From the NCBI RefSeq assembly GCF_026571515.1, contig NW_026851882.1:1-64000 (forward strand): a stretch of DNA of 64,000 bases. Reading direction: 5' to 3'. Source of the stretch: Ruditapes philippinarum (lineage: Eukaryota). Positions 12,026 through 24,180 of this stretch are shown here, piece by piece. The first letter of the stretch is position 1, and the number at the start of each line of letters is the position of its first letter. The position numbers were made by a program, and so were the translations under genes. Below the pieces are notes generated by a model. The model saw only the letters and a list, made by a program, of their open reading frames with translations. It was not told the origin of the DNA and ran no database searches.

Positions 12026-12629
12026 ATGGCTGTTTCATCTAATATTCTTATTTAAGGACATTCTTTTACCAAGAGACTGCAGAGATTGTGTGTTGAAAAC
12101 CATCGCATTAATATGAATCTTGATCACAACAGGTTCCAAGTGTACTGGCATGGGATCAATGGGGGAAATCTGAAGAATGCACATCACCCTAAATCCATTT
12201 GGTCGGATCCACATCTTGTTTTTGATCTACAAGGTGACATTGTTTTCTTAGATATTGGCAGCAACGATTTGTGCGACCTATCAATTTATCCAAAATCTGG
12301 TCCAGCAGTTGCTTGAATTAACAAAATTACTCATTTCACAGGTTTGTAAGATAGTTGTTGTTTATGAAATACTCCATAGGCAGACTCATGGAATCTATAA
12401 TGCCAATGTAGACCGCACTAATTCATTACTTTGTTCAGCTTGCAGGCAAACATCAAGTCTTTACTTTTGGACACATTAATATTCAAGAAACAATTTTAAC
12501 AGGCGTTTCCTTTCAGATTATGTTGCACACGATCGGGTACATGTTGATAGCATTAGAGGAATGCCGCGGTATTATAGTTCAGTCAGAGGTGCTCTGTTGT
12601 ATGCTGACACTTGCATTAGAACTTTCTAG
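12026..12629 (+). pseudogene. SGNH/GDSL hydrolase ORF of a DIRS/Ngaro-type tyrosine-recombinase retrotransposon, frameshifted
   Basis: Blocks ILI*GHSF (I), HGINGG (II), DIVFLDIGSNDL (III) and HDRVH (V, DxxH) occur in order across frames. It lies next to DIRS/Ngaro gag and pol. Confidence 0.7.
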
Positions 12630-13504
12630 GTTTTTTTTCAACCTCAGTCTGTTATATTTTGCCTGTTTATTTAACTTTTTACTTTATTTTGCAGATCATA
12701 GATGGTAATGTTGTGTGGTTAGTTAGCTTTACATTGCTATATTTGGACGTTTGACAGTTATTCATTGCCATTTGGAAGGTTGAATATTTATTTCATTTAC
12801 ATTTCATTTTTTCGCCTTTGTGCGACTCACCTATGTGCGAAGCTTTTCTATATCTTCGCTCTGTGCGATAAAGCCTTTTGGCTTTCCTGTTTTCGCATTT
12901 TGCGACACGCCTTTGGCGTAGTTACCAGTTCGCTTTTTGCGACACACCTTTTGGTGTTCACTTTATACATTTTGCATTGTGCGACACGCCTTTGTTGTAG
13001 ACTTTTTACTTCGCTTTTGAGCGCCATAATTTATTGTTCGGTAATTATTTTGGCTTTGGGTTTCTAGCCTTTTACAAATGCATTTTACCTTTTTGCGACA
13101 CACCACGTAGACATCTACTTTTGCTTTAAGGCAACATTCTTTGTGCTCTCATTGCACTTTATCTATGTCATACAATGTAAAAAATGTTTATTTTTGGCAC
13201 AGTTCTGTTATTAAACCGCCTTACACAACTGAAATACTGTTGGGAAAAGGTGTAAAATGAAACAAACAAACAAACATGTTATTCAACATTAATCACTGCC
13301 TATGTCTGGCCACTTTTACTGGTTAAAGTTTTAAACTCTTTCATATTTGGACATTATGACATAGATTATAATGATATTAAATTATTTTGTTTAGGGAATT
13401 GAATATCCCCTCGCACATAATTTTTGAATTTTGTGTATTCGTTCATTCTAGTAAATACTACAATGAATGCTGACTAACCATTTTTTTTATCACTTTATTT
13501 TAGA

Positions 13505-16500
13505 ATGCCTAAGCGTAAACCCTTCACTAGCAAATGAACCAAAGAACAAGAGGGCCATGATGGCCCTAGATCGCTCACCTGACTTATCAAACTCATCCAA
13601 ACAATTACCTAGACAAGCATTCTGACCAAATCTCATGACAGGTGAGTCAAAAATGTGACCACTACAGTGTTAACAAGGATTATCCATATTTGAGCAGTGC
13701 GACCTAGTTTTTTACCCAGGTGACACATATTCAAACTTGACCTAGAAATCATCAAAACAAACTTTCAGACCAATTTCCAGGATACTTGGATCAAAACAGT
13801 AGCAACTAGAGTTTTAACAAGATTTTTCTATTTTTAGCTCCGGTGACCTAGTTTCACATGTGATTTCGAACTCATCCAAGCAATTACCTAGACAAGCATC
13901 CTGACCAAGTTTGATGATAACTGAGTCGAAAATGTGACCACTAGAATGTTAACAAGGTTTTTCCATATTTGGGCGGTGTGACCTAGTTTTTCATCCAAGA
14001 TGACCCATGTTCGATCTTGACTTAGAAATCATCAAAACAATCTTTCAGACCAATTAACAGAATATTTGGATCACAACAGTAGCCAAAAGAGTGTTAACAA
14101 GATTTTTCTATTTTTAGCTCCTGTGACCTAGTTTTTCATCCGAGATGACCCATGTTCGATTTATTCCCAGCAATGACCTAGACAAGTTTCCTGACCAAGT
14201 TTGATGACAATTGAGTCAAAATTGTGACCACTAGTGTTAACAAGGTTTTTCTATTTTTAGCTCCTGTGACCTAGTTTTTCATCCGAGATGACCCACGTTC
14301 GAACTCATCCGAGCTATCACCTAGACAAGCATCTTGATCAAGTTTGATGATGATTGATGCAAAAATGTGACCGCTAGAGTGTTAACAAGGTTTTTCTATT
14401 TTTAGCTCCGGTGACCTACTTTTTCATCCGAGATGACCCATGTTCAAACTCATCCGAGCTATCACCTAGACAAACATCCTGACCAAGTTTGATGATGATT
14501 GAGGCAAAATTGTGACCTCTAGAGTGTTAACATGGTTTTTCTATTTTTAGCTCCGGTGACCTAGTTTTTCATCCGAGATGACCCATGTTCGAACTCATCC
14601 GAGCTTTCACCTAGACAAGCATCTTGACCAAGTTTGATGATGACTGATGCAAAAATGTGACCGCTAGAGTGTTAACAAGGTTTTTCTATTTTTAGCTCCG
14701 GTGACCTACTTTTTCATCCGAGATGACCCATGTTCGAACTCATCCGAGCTATTACCTAGACAAGCATCTTGACCAAGTTTGATGATGATTGATGCAAAAA
14801 TGTGACCACAAGAGTGTTAACAAGGTTTTTCTATTTTTAGCTCCAGTGACCTACTTTTTCATCCGAGATGACCCATGTTCGTACTCATCCGAGCTATCAC
14901 CTAGACAAGCATCTTGACCAAGTTTGATGATGATTGATGCAAAAATGTGACCGCTAGAGTGTTAACAAGGTTTTTCTATTTTTAGCTCCAGTGACCTACT
15001 TTTTCATCCGAGATGACCCATGTTCGAACTCATCCGAGCTATCACCTAGACAAGCATCTTGACCAAGTTTGATGATGATTGATGCAAAAATGTGACCTCT
15101 AGAGTGTTAACAAGGTTTTTCTATTTTTAGCTCCGGTGACCTACTTTTTCATCCGAAATGACCCATGTTCGAACTAATCTGAGCTATCAACTAGATAAGC
15201 ATCCTGACCAAGTTTGATGATGATTGATGCAAAAATGTGACCGCTAGAGTGTAAACAAGGTTTTTCTATTTTTAGCTCCGGTGACCTACTTTTTCATCCG
15301 AGATGACCCATGTTCGAACTCATCCGAGCTATCACCTAGACAAACATCCTGACCAAGTTTGATGATGATTGAGGCAAAAATGTGACCTCTAGAGTGTTAA
15401 CAAGGTTTTTCTATTTTTAGCTCTTGTGACCTAGTTTCTCATCCGAGATGAACCATGTTCGAACTCATCCGAGCTATCATTTAGATAAGCATCCTGACCA
15501 AGTTTGATGATGATTGAGGCAAAAATGCGACCGCTAGAGTGTTAACAACTAAATGTGAACGGACGACGGCCGACGGACAATCATCGATCCTAAAAGCTCA
15601 CCCTGAGCATGCTCAGGTGAGCTAAAAAGCAAAGCCGGATGGCCGAATTACTAGCATCAGCTATCACAAAAGATGACACACTCATGAATGAGTTAAAAGA
15701 ACTGATCAATGACGAGCCACAAATGGAAGTGAACGAAGATGGTACAATTGCCTCACACAATGATATTGTATCATCATCCTCAGATTCCCAAAATTAACAG
15801 GCTCCGATCCAAATTTTGCATCTGACTCCGAGTCTGATGACAGTTCTAATGACCATCCTGCTAAGAAAATGGAGCCTGTTGATTTGGGGACTTTCTCAGC
15901 CATTCATCCGCCAGTAAGCAAAAAAATTAAGGAAAAAATCTGGAATATGCAGTATGTAGATTTGGCTTCCCTCTATTTTAATAAAGACACGTCCGAGACA
16001 AAAACTATCCCTAAAAGCAATTCAGGCACAGTCACATCTATTCATAAAGCTGCCCCAAAACAAATCTCAACAATAATGGTATGGTGCCGAGCATTTCAAA
16101 TATATGCCGACATCTATTGTATGAAATATCCGTTAGAATCACCCCAAATTCTCAGATATATGTCCATTGTTCAGAACCTTGCCAATCATACCAACTATTG
16201 GCAGCTCTATGATGAAAAATTTCGTCAATGCCGGGCTATTGAGTCCATCCTATGGGGTAAGATTCATATTGAAACTTACCTATTCTGTAGTATTACACAA
16301 TCTAAACAGAATTTTCGTCCCCAACATGGTCAAAGAACATCAGGCTCTAATTCAAGAGTCCCCGCCAGCACTCTCTTTCGAAACGGATAAGGCTGGGATT
16401 TCCAACGGTTTAATTCCTGTGCTAAATCAAAATGCAGTGTGTTGCACAAATGTGCCAACTGCGAAGATAAGTCCCATGGGGCAGGAAGATGCCGTAGACC

Positions 16501-16712
16501 TGTTGTCCAGCGCCAACAACTGGACACACCAAAAATGTCCAAGTACCCATCAGACAAGAAATCCTAAACTTCTACTACCATCGCCTGTTTTGCCAGAACG
16601 CTTAGCCTGGTATCTTAATGGTTACAACAAAACATTGAAAGATAAACTTATCAAAGGTTTCTATACAGGTTTCCCACTGGGTTGTATTGGCTCTATACCT
16701 CCAAGGTTATAG
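13505..16712 (+). mobile_element. DIRS/Ngaro retrotransposon gag (13505-16567, split by a HINE) and overlapping pol N-terminus (to 16712), truncated
   Basis: gag motifs KIKEKIWNMQYVDLASL, W.RAFQIYA, W.LYDEKFR and a C-terminal Cys/His knuckle (C..SKC...HKCANCEDKSHGAGRC). The overlapping frame LPSPVLPERLAWYLNGY...LIKGFYTGFPLG resembles the DIRS/Ngaro RT N-terminus. Confidence 0.8.
13545..15625 (-). mobile_element. HINE with 145-bp satellite array (~13-14 units; GCTCACCTG family)
   Basis: Hairpin agggccatgatggccct next to cgctcacctg. Units start at 14411, 14556, 14701, 14846 and onward (145 bp). GACG microsatellite, then end gctcaccctgagcatgctcaggtgagctaaaaa. Confidence 0.9.
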
Positions 16713-16929
16713 GTAGCTGCTCAACTATAATCAGTGTGAAAGAAAACAAATAAACATCTATACATAATTTGAAAAGGATGCCATTGCAGAGAAATGAGAA
16801 GACAGTGTAAATGTTAATATATATAAAATAATTATTTGATCGAGTGTATGAATAGAAAAATAAACAAAGATTGTATTGATTTTGTCCTAATTTTATTTAG
16901 AATTTAATAGTATTATATTCTAAGTATAT

Positions 16930-17790
16930 TCATGCTAACCTTCCAACAATACAGCGGTAAAAATTGGTAATTTTTAATCATATAAATGCAATTCTTGAAC
17001 CAAGATTAACTTTTGACATTGGAAGTTCAGAACTTAGTATTTTAAAGTTTTTCGCAAGACCAATGACTCTTTCAACATGTATACGTTTGGACGCAATGCG
17101 TCTGTCCTTCACGACTGTCTCTGGTTCAAGCTGTGATATTCCTGCCATCATAGTAGGTGTATTGACCTTTACATCCTTATTTGCAAATAAATCTTGCACC
17201 ATTATCCCCCGGTCTGCCATAATGCTGTTTTTTTTTATTAAAAAGGTCTTTCTTACAAAGATCTGAACGCTCCATTATTTGTCTGTCGCTAGCAATTCCG
17301 GCATAAGAATCACTGACAAATGTAACTAAACTTCTTGGTGAAACACCAATCATAGTTTTGAGGGTATTTTTATGTTTATATGATGAAAACCTCGAGCTTT
17401 GAGCTGAAACATTTGATGCTTTTCTGTACTGGGATCTCTGTTGCATCAAGAATGACACGTGTTGTTGAATGTTTCCTCTTAAAATCCTCGGGCATATATT
17501 GTGTAATAATATCTCTTGTAGGCCATGTATTTATTTCCTTTAGTTGACAATATATAAAGTTTATCCATGTTTCAATCATCTTCGAAATGGTCGGTTGGCT
17601 CACACAGAAAAATAGGCTAAGTTCATAGTCTTCCTTATTCAGACGAAGTTTCATTAACAATTGGTGTTTTGGTTTGATCTTTTGACACTTATAATTTAAA
17701 TGGTTTACAGCTGGTCCTATCACATAAAAAAACAAAACATCATGAAATGGCCATTATCATCAAATCCAGTATAATATCTGACTTATCTAC
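16930..17790 (-). pseudogene. DDE_Tnp_4 (ISL2EU/Harbinger-group) transposase, frameshifted
   Basis: Consecutive frames read YTGF, QLLMKLRL, WPTRD...MPEDFK, ILDATE (D), FSSYKHKNTLK, GIASDRQI, MADRG (D), RIHVERVIG (E), ITNFYRCIV. Confidence 0.85.
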
Positions 17791-18301
17791 ACCTCACCAG
17801 CTTTTTGCAGCAACAACCTCATTCCCTTCTGATTCACCTGCATCCACCAGTTTTCTTCACCACACTCTTCTAGCATAGCCATAACTTCATCATTCATGTC
17901 TATGCTGTCAGATGTAACTTGTGCAGAATGTCTCCAAAAAGAGGAACGAATCAGTGACCAAAACAAATACATATTGACCCTCACACAGGATGTGGAGTAT
18001 TCGCGAGGTGAATGTGAAAAGGCTAAGAACAGGAAAGGTAATATGAATTTAAACATGTGACTGTTTGTCACAAATATCTTTAGGTCGAAACAGCCTTTTT
18101 GAGAAAGTCTCATTTGTTGATTTCATAACATGTATATATTTTTTTTCTGAATAAAGGGTGATTTAGGTTTGCACATAAGGGTCAACTTCCCTTATTTGTT
18201 TTTTTTTATTCATACAACATAATTCTTTATTTTTGCCTACCATCTTCAGATCAGCTCCTTTAATACCGAAAACAGGCTCAAGGTTTGTCTTAGTTGGCTC
18301 C

Positions 18302-18695
18302 TAGTGGTGTAAAAATATACCGGTGTACCGCACAACAGCAGTACGAAAAGGCTGGGTACGGTTCGTATCGGTACGAAACAGTCTAACCGGTACATGCTAT
18401 CAAGAGTAGCGTCCCTTACCAAAATGGCGACAAATAACAGTGATGAATATGAATTGTTTGAAAAATTGGTTTTAAACACATTGTTTATATCAATGTACAT
18501 GTGAAATTGTGGCTCGTTGAGTAAAATTTCACAACGCTGATTTCTTGCTATGAAAAGATGTTGTTTTTATAAACTATTGCACCACATGAATTAGTGATAA
18601 GTATGTAAAAAATGTTCGACAATACGTATCGGTACGTACTGCGATACACTTAGTGACGTATCGCAATACGATTGTCAGTTGCAATACAATGCCTA
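18302..18695. mobile_element. hAT-type non-autonomous element (MITE)
   Basis: TAG...CTA termini; 8-bp flanks ttggctcc / ctggctcc (7/8 TSD match); subterminal CGTATCGGTACG/GTACC motifs. Confidence 0.65.
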
Positions 18696-20085
18696 CTGGC
18701 TCCTATAATCATAAGTTTGCTATGCTAACCACTTTACCCACTTGTGTTATGATGGTCTCTTGTATATGTTTATATGGTTTTCTTTTACTATTCTTTTACA
18801 AATTTTGTATCATGATATGTAGTATATATTATTCCGTTTAGAGATGACATTTCAAACTATTTTTAATGGGTCGGGAAGGGGAAACAAACATATTTTTATT
18901 TTTTGCCTAAGAGTTATCAAATTGAAACATCATATGTATCATGGAGGGTATTGTTGTTCACAATAACAGTTAATCTTGCTTTCATGAATTTTAAGTTTTA
19001 ACTGGCAATTTGATTCGGTGAACAATGTCACAAATGCTTTAATGTACCATTTTGTAAACAAATATTAATTAAATGATAATATAATACAGATATTTAATAT
19101 GATGTTCTTTTCAATTGAAGATTTTTATTCCTTCTGGGCAAGAGGCGCCACAAACAGGATACACGTATCTGGTCTCTGGATCCGATATGTGTGTTCCAGT
19201 GACTTGGCTAGAGTCAACAACATCCCTGTTTAAGAATAAAACAAGGTCCCATTGTGCCAAACTCTTCTTAAACGAACCCCAGGCACTAGTCAATTAAACT
19301 GCCTCTGAGATCATGAGGACCCCAGTTGGAAAGGCATTTCAGTGTGAGTAAAATTTCATATTGGTCATGTTTGCTTAAATATTGGAATTAATTTTAACCA
19401 CATAAGTACACATATTCTTAATTGTTTGTTAAAATTTTGATGAATGAAGGATATTTTGTTATTGAAAGATAGTTATATCGCTTTCATAGTCACAACGCTA
19501 ATGACTGCAGTAATATATATTCTTTGAACTTTGAGATGTTTATGTTAACATTCACTGCTGATCAAGAATTTTTTCCAATGGTGGATAGGCAGTTGCAAAG
19601 ACGTTTTGAGGTACTGGTGGGTATCCACTTGTCATTTGTACTTAAATCTAGGTTTTGCAATGCAAATGCATGTTCATCCCAACAGATCAAAATCAAGCCA
19701 GCACCAGTGTATTGACCAATAAATAATAATTGCCTTTGGTGTTTATTTTCTTCATTTGTAGGTGGGCTTTACTAATAGATTACTGCCACTTTTTTTCAAT
19801 GTGGGGTTTTGGGGTATCAGTCACCTTCAGTGATAGTTCTAGTTTTATCCAGTATAAACATGGCAGCATGTAAATGAAAAATAAACCGTTTTTTATCAGT
19901 GTACTGCTTCAATAAACTTAGTATGGAGAGTAGCTTAGTCACCAAAGCAGTCAACACCAAAATACACACAATGGCCAGGGCACTGAAGCAAGGTGTGTTT
20001 ATTGGAATGAAAATGGTAATCAAACTAGTTATCTCACATGATGATTAAAGTTTCCGATACATAGTTTAACCACCCCTTTTTACCA

Positions 20086-21052
20086 TGGCGGAACAAATAA
20101 AACAGGTTGCAAAGTTTTCAGAGGATGCCATAAATGTTGCATTTCAAGAAATGTCTCAAGAGACTAAAGAAAGTTTGTTTTGAAAAGGGATTAACTTTTC
20201 TTAACACAAAATTAGGAACTTAAGGAAAGAAAACAACGGAAAAAAACAAGCAAAAACTTGTCAGACGAAAACATATTCACGAAAAACATTCTGCCTCAGA
20301 TTGAGAGGAAAATCAAGGAACTTGAGGATGCGGAATTACAGGAAGAAGGTGTGCAAGTTCAAATGGACTTCTCCAATATAATAACTGACTTTGATGGCAT
20401 AAATGCTGAACAACTCAAGAATGAACACGATAAAATAGTGAGACTTGAAAATGAAATGAGAATCGGAACTCTGGTGATTCAGTTCATCAGAGGAAAGTTA
20501 TACCTTTTTGCGAAAGAATCGCTGGGGACTGTGGATGCTAGCCTGAAAGCAGCCGTCGAAAAGGTTTTTGTTGTGCCATACAGAACATATTTGCGATACG
20601 CCACTCTGGCGAACATGCTCTTTTGCTTTCCTAGACTGATAATGTGTGATTTAACTTTCACACGAATTCTTTTGCACCAAAAAAGACTTAAAATATTTTA
20701 AATCTGACGCAGGACGAAAACTCAAGAGATAATATTTCACTGCCTGTGTCCCTGAAAGCAATGGATAAAACCTTAACAATAGAGCGTTGTGATATTGATG
20801 TCATGGCTGTAAATGTTAGCACAGGTCCAGACCGGGCAATCCGCGACAAATATTACCAAAGGCGAATCCCCAACGATGCAGAAGTGCAGAAGACTTTTGA
20901 TGGTGCAGTAGGAGCTTACCGCGAGGCCAATGAAGAGACGGACTTGCTTGAAAACTTGTGAGTAAAAGTCTATTTTAGAAAGCAATGAAAAAAAATTTTT
21001 TTTTCAGGAGAAAAAACTGCTCAGTTTTATACATAAATTTAATCGGGTTTTA
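20086..21052 (+). pseudogene. Orphan helical protein, paralog B (frameshifted; intron 20958-21007)
   Basis: Colinear with paralog A (NILPQIERKI, EH..I.RLE, QFIRGKLY, YRTYLRY, FPRLIMCD, GPD, EANEETDLLENL). The intron is at the same position (TT|GTGAGT ... TTTCAG|G) and is followed by LRKNCS. Confidence 0.65.
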
Positions 21053-21523
21053 ACTTTATCTTTTCAGAAACTCCTTTCATATGTAACGTTTGGCAAGTTT
21101 ACAGCCAGTGACAGTCCTGTCACCAACTGACAGTGTGTCAAGTGTCCATATTGGAGGATGAACACCGAAGTATACCAAACAACATGAGGGGCGTGTGACT
21201 GAACTTTGATATCACGTCAATTCACATGAATACTGATATAAAGTATTTGTAAAAATGTCATAGTAAAGTTATCACTGGTGTAGTATTTTTATCAGTCAGG
21301 TGGTGATAAAGTGTGACTCTTCATTGAGTGAACTGAAGCATGTTGTGTTATTATTGTATTATAATCAGGATTTTGTATTCTAAAATACAGATATTATGAA
21401 CTGGTCAAACAGTTTGAGGAAGACTGAAATTTGTATATAATGTCACTTTGTATTTTTTTTGTCATATGATATTCACATAATGAAAATACAGCGATATAAA
21501 GTTTATATAGCAGAACCTCGATT

Positions 21524-21688
21524 TATATATGTGTTTAAACACACCCCGGATACTACGATACATATGTATTGCAGTATTATCCGGGGGATATTTTCAGTTT
21601 CTGCTGTTTCAACGATTTTTTGTTGTCTGTGCTCCTTTTGGGGCATAAAAATGAGTTATATCGTACAACCCCCATATATCATATATAT
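21524..21688. repeat. ~165-bp dispersed direct repeat, copy 2
   Basis: Matches 4641-4808. Palindrome ccccggata-ctacgatacatatgtattgcag-tat-tatccgggg at 21544-21586. Confidence 0.85.
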
Positions 21689-21820
21689 CATGTACTTTTT
21701 ATTCTGATGAGAGAAAATGCTGATATTTAGTCATATGCAGACAAATTAATTAATAATATTTAAGATAATAAAAATAATTTGAGCTTAGCATCAATATATG
21801 CGTAAATATGATATTTTCAG

Positions 21821-22165
21821 GATGCGGATGACTCCATGGTAACAGAGAAATTAAAAACAAAGGAAGGGTCAGCACCACATCTTTGTGCGTTTATTGATGA
21901 AGGAAAACTCAAAGCAGTTTTCATTGTTGGAGATGACATCTCCATAAGATGTTTTGGGGACTGCCTTCTCTTTGGAATAATTCAGTTAATAAGTGTGTAT
22001 TACATTTTTGACATTTACTATCCTTAGTGTTATGCAATGTTCATGACGCTTTTGCAGATATTTGTTTTTGAAGAAAACAATAGTCTTCAGACATCAAAGA
22101 ACTTCAATTTCTTCATTAAAAAATTGAAATTTGCTTTTGTCAAACAGAAAAAAATTGTACCATAG
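21821..22165 (+). pseudogene. Terminal exon of a SAMD3-like / EnSpm accessory protein (one internal stop)
   Basis: Acceptor ttttcag|, then DADDSMV...APHLCAFI...FIVGDD...GIIQLISVYYIFDIYYP*CYAMFMTLLQIFVF. The YY.F.I.YP......L..LQ motif is one I recognise from EnSpm ORF2/SAMD3-like C-termini. Confidence 0.6.
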
Positions 22166-22661
22166 TAAGGTTTGAACTACAAACCTTGAAAGTTGCTCCA
22201 TTTCAGATTTAATAAAAAAAAAACCTCTTAATTAATTCTAAAAGATTTATCATATTACATATTTATATGATATGATATGATAACAAGAACGTGTTTGTTA
22301 AACACAAATGCCCCCGGCTCAGATTCTTGTCAGTAACAATATTTAAAATAAAGGCTGTATAGGCAAAAGTGTAAAAAATCTATTTTTAGCACTGGTGACC
22401 TTGACCCAACTGACCCCTAACTCCATCCAAACGAAGAATATCATGCAACTTATTTTCCTACCAAATATGAAATAAATATGTCAATATATAAAGGCTGCAT
22501 GGGCATAATGTAAAAATCTATTTGACTTTGACTGTTGACCTTGACCCAACTGACCCCTAACTCGATCCAAAGGAAACATATCACTCCTGACAGTTCAACT
22601 ACATCGTCCTAATAGCCTATAATACATTGATTTTAAGATTAATATATCAAGACAGTTTTAA

Positions 22662-23462
22662 AACAAGATTGCATTTGTGAAAAAAGCAATGCCACCGCAT
22701 AATATAATGCAACACTAAATAGTAGTGTAGGACAAGAAGAGTTATTGTTACTATACAATTGAACTTTGCCAAAATGCAGTTGATTCTAGTGAATTTGGTG
22801 GTCAAGGTCATATTTCACATGGATCAAATTTTATGACTGTACATCAAAGGACAAGAAAGTAGGTCACATAATCAAAATCTAGGTCAGCTGATATCAAAGT
22901 TCAACTTTACATTTAAAATTGTGTACAGTGTCCAAAAGAAATTTCATAGCTGAACATTAAAGTAGGTCATGTGTCAAAATTTAGGTCAGCTGATATTAAA
23001 ATTCAATTTTAAATCTCTAACTGTGCACACGGTCCAAAATTCTTGGCTGTACATCAAAGGACAAGAAAGTAGGTCACTGTCCCCTTCGGTAGAGCAAAAT
23101 TTTGACCCAAGGATTAAATTAAAACAATCCTGATACAGGTCCACCAGACAATGTTTTATGTCAAATATCTAAACTCTAACTTTCTCCTATTCAGAAAACA
23201 TTTGTCTTAGTTTCTGTCTTTACTATAATGTACTCCCCCAAGGCAGGGCCAATTTTGATACCAGAGGTAAAAATTAAACAACTTTGGTTGAGTACCTATA
23301 GATGATATTATATACCAAATAGACTAGTGGTTTTTCACAAGAATATTTTAAGTTTACTATATAATCAATATAACACACATACATTAATCCAGTAAATCCA
23401 CACACTGCACACACATATGTGAATCGCTATTTGCCACCTTATTGCAGATGCTGCGGTGGCAT
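22662..23462 (-). mobile_element. Short (internally reduced) HINE of the TGCCACCGC family
   Basis: Both ends match 4901-7228; only 1-2 degenerate satellite units. Confidence 0.8.
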
Positions 23463-24027
23463 GATCAAAGTTATATTTTGAAATTCATGTTATGAAAAAA
23501 TTAGGACTTTGGCAATTTTGGGAAAAGTACATCAAACAGTTTGGAAATTGGCCTAATTGGGAAAAATTATCAGTTCATTATCAATTCAGACATTTTTTTT
23601 TATTAGTCATAATGAAACGTGTTTTTCACTCTATTTCAATTCTGTTGTTTTAAGCATTACATTTGTTTTCATTCTGTCTTGCAAATAGTGTAAATAAGTG
23701 TGCATATAAAGAAAACAAATCTTAATTTCACAAGTCATCTTGATTTCATTTCTCAATTTTTGATTTTGATATGTGAACATTCAGGGTCATAAATAATTTG
23801 TTAGCTTACATTTTTGTTTCAATGGGGAAATGTTTGTCAAAGATTTGGGTAAAATAGGCATATCCTTTGGTCATATCTCTTTAAGTAAGTATGTTAAATT
23901 TGTGAAGTCTAAAACGAATACAAAATTATCTGACATAAACAATGACATTCTTTAACTGTATTTTTAAGTAATCACAATATTATTTTAATTATTAGTATGT
24001 GAATTATCCTTGACATTATATTTCCAG

Positions 24028-24180
24028 CAACAGGTGATGTTGATTATTGGTGAGGAGAAACAGCCTGTAAAAGCTATCACAAAGGCCATGAGGGGAATGT
24101 TTTCAACAACAGAGCTAGCTGGATGTTCAATGAAAGGCCAGGCAACCAGCATTAGGTCCCAAATCCCAGGCCAGGGAAGT
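24028..24180 (+). pseudogene. BEN-domain-like exon fragment
   Basis: KQPVKAITKAMRGMFSTTELAGCSMKGQ resembles the BEN core (L...F+.+EL...S..G) and follows the acceptor ttccag. Confidence 0.4.

Noticed and set aside
13580-15545. Regular repeat arrays (also 5400-7000, 53370-53700, 61672-62607) as CRISPR arrays
   Set aside because: Units are contiguous with no unique spacers, there are no cas genes, and the context is eukaryotic; these are satellites and minisatellites.
16964-17266. + strand 100-aa ORF (likewise 7948-8295, 2637-2837, 20479-20661, 16330-16557)
   Set aside because: Antisense shadows of TE or orphan coding sequence.
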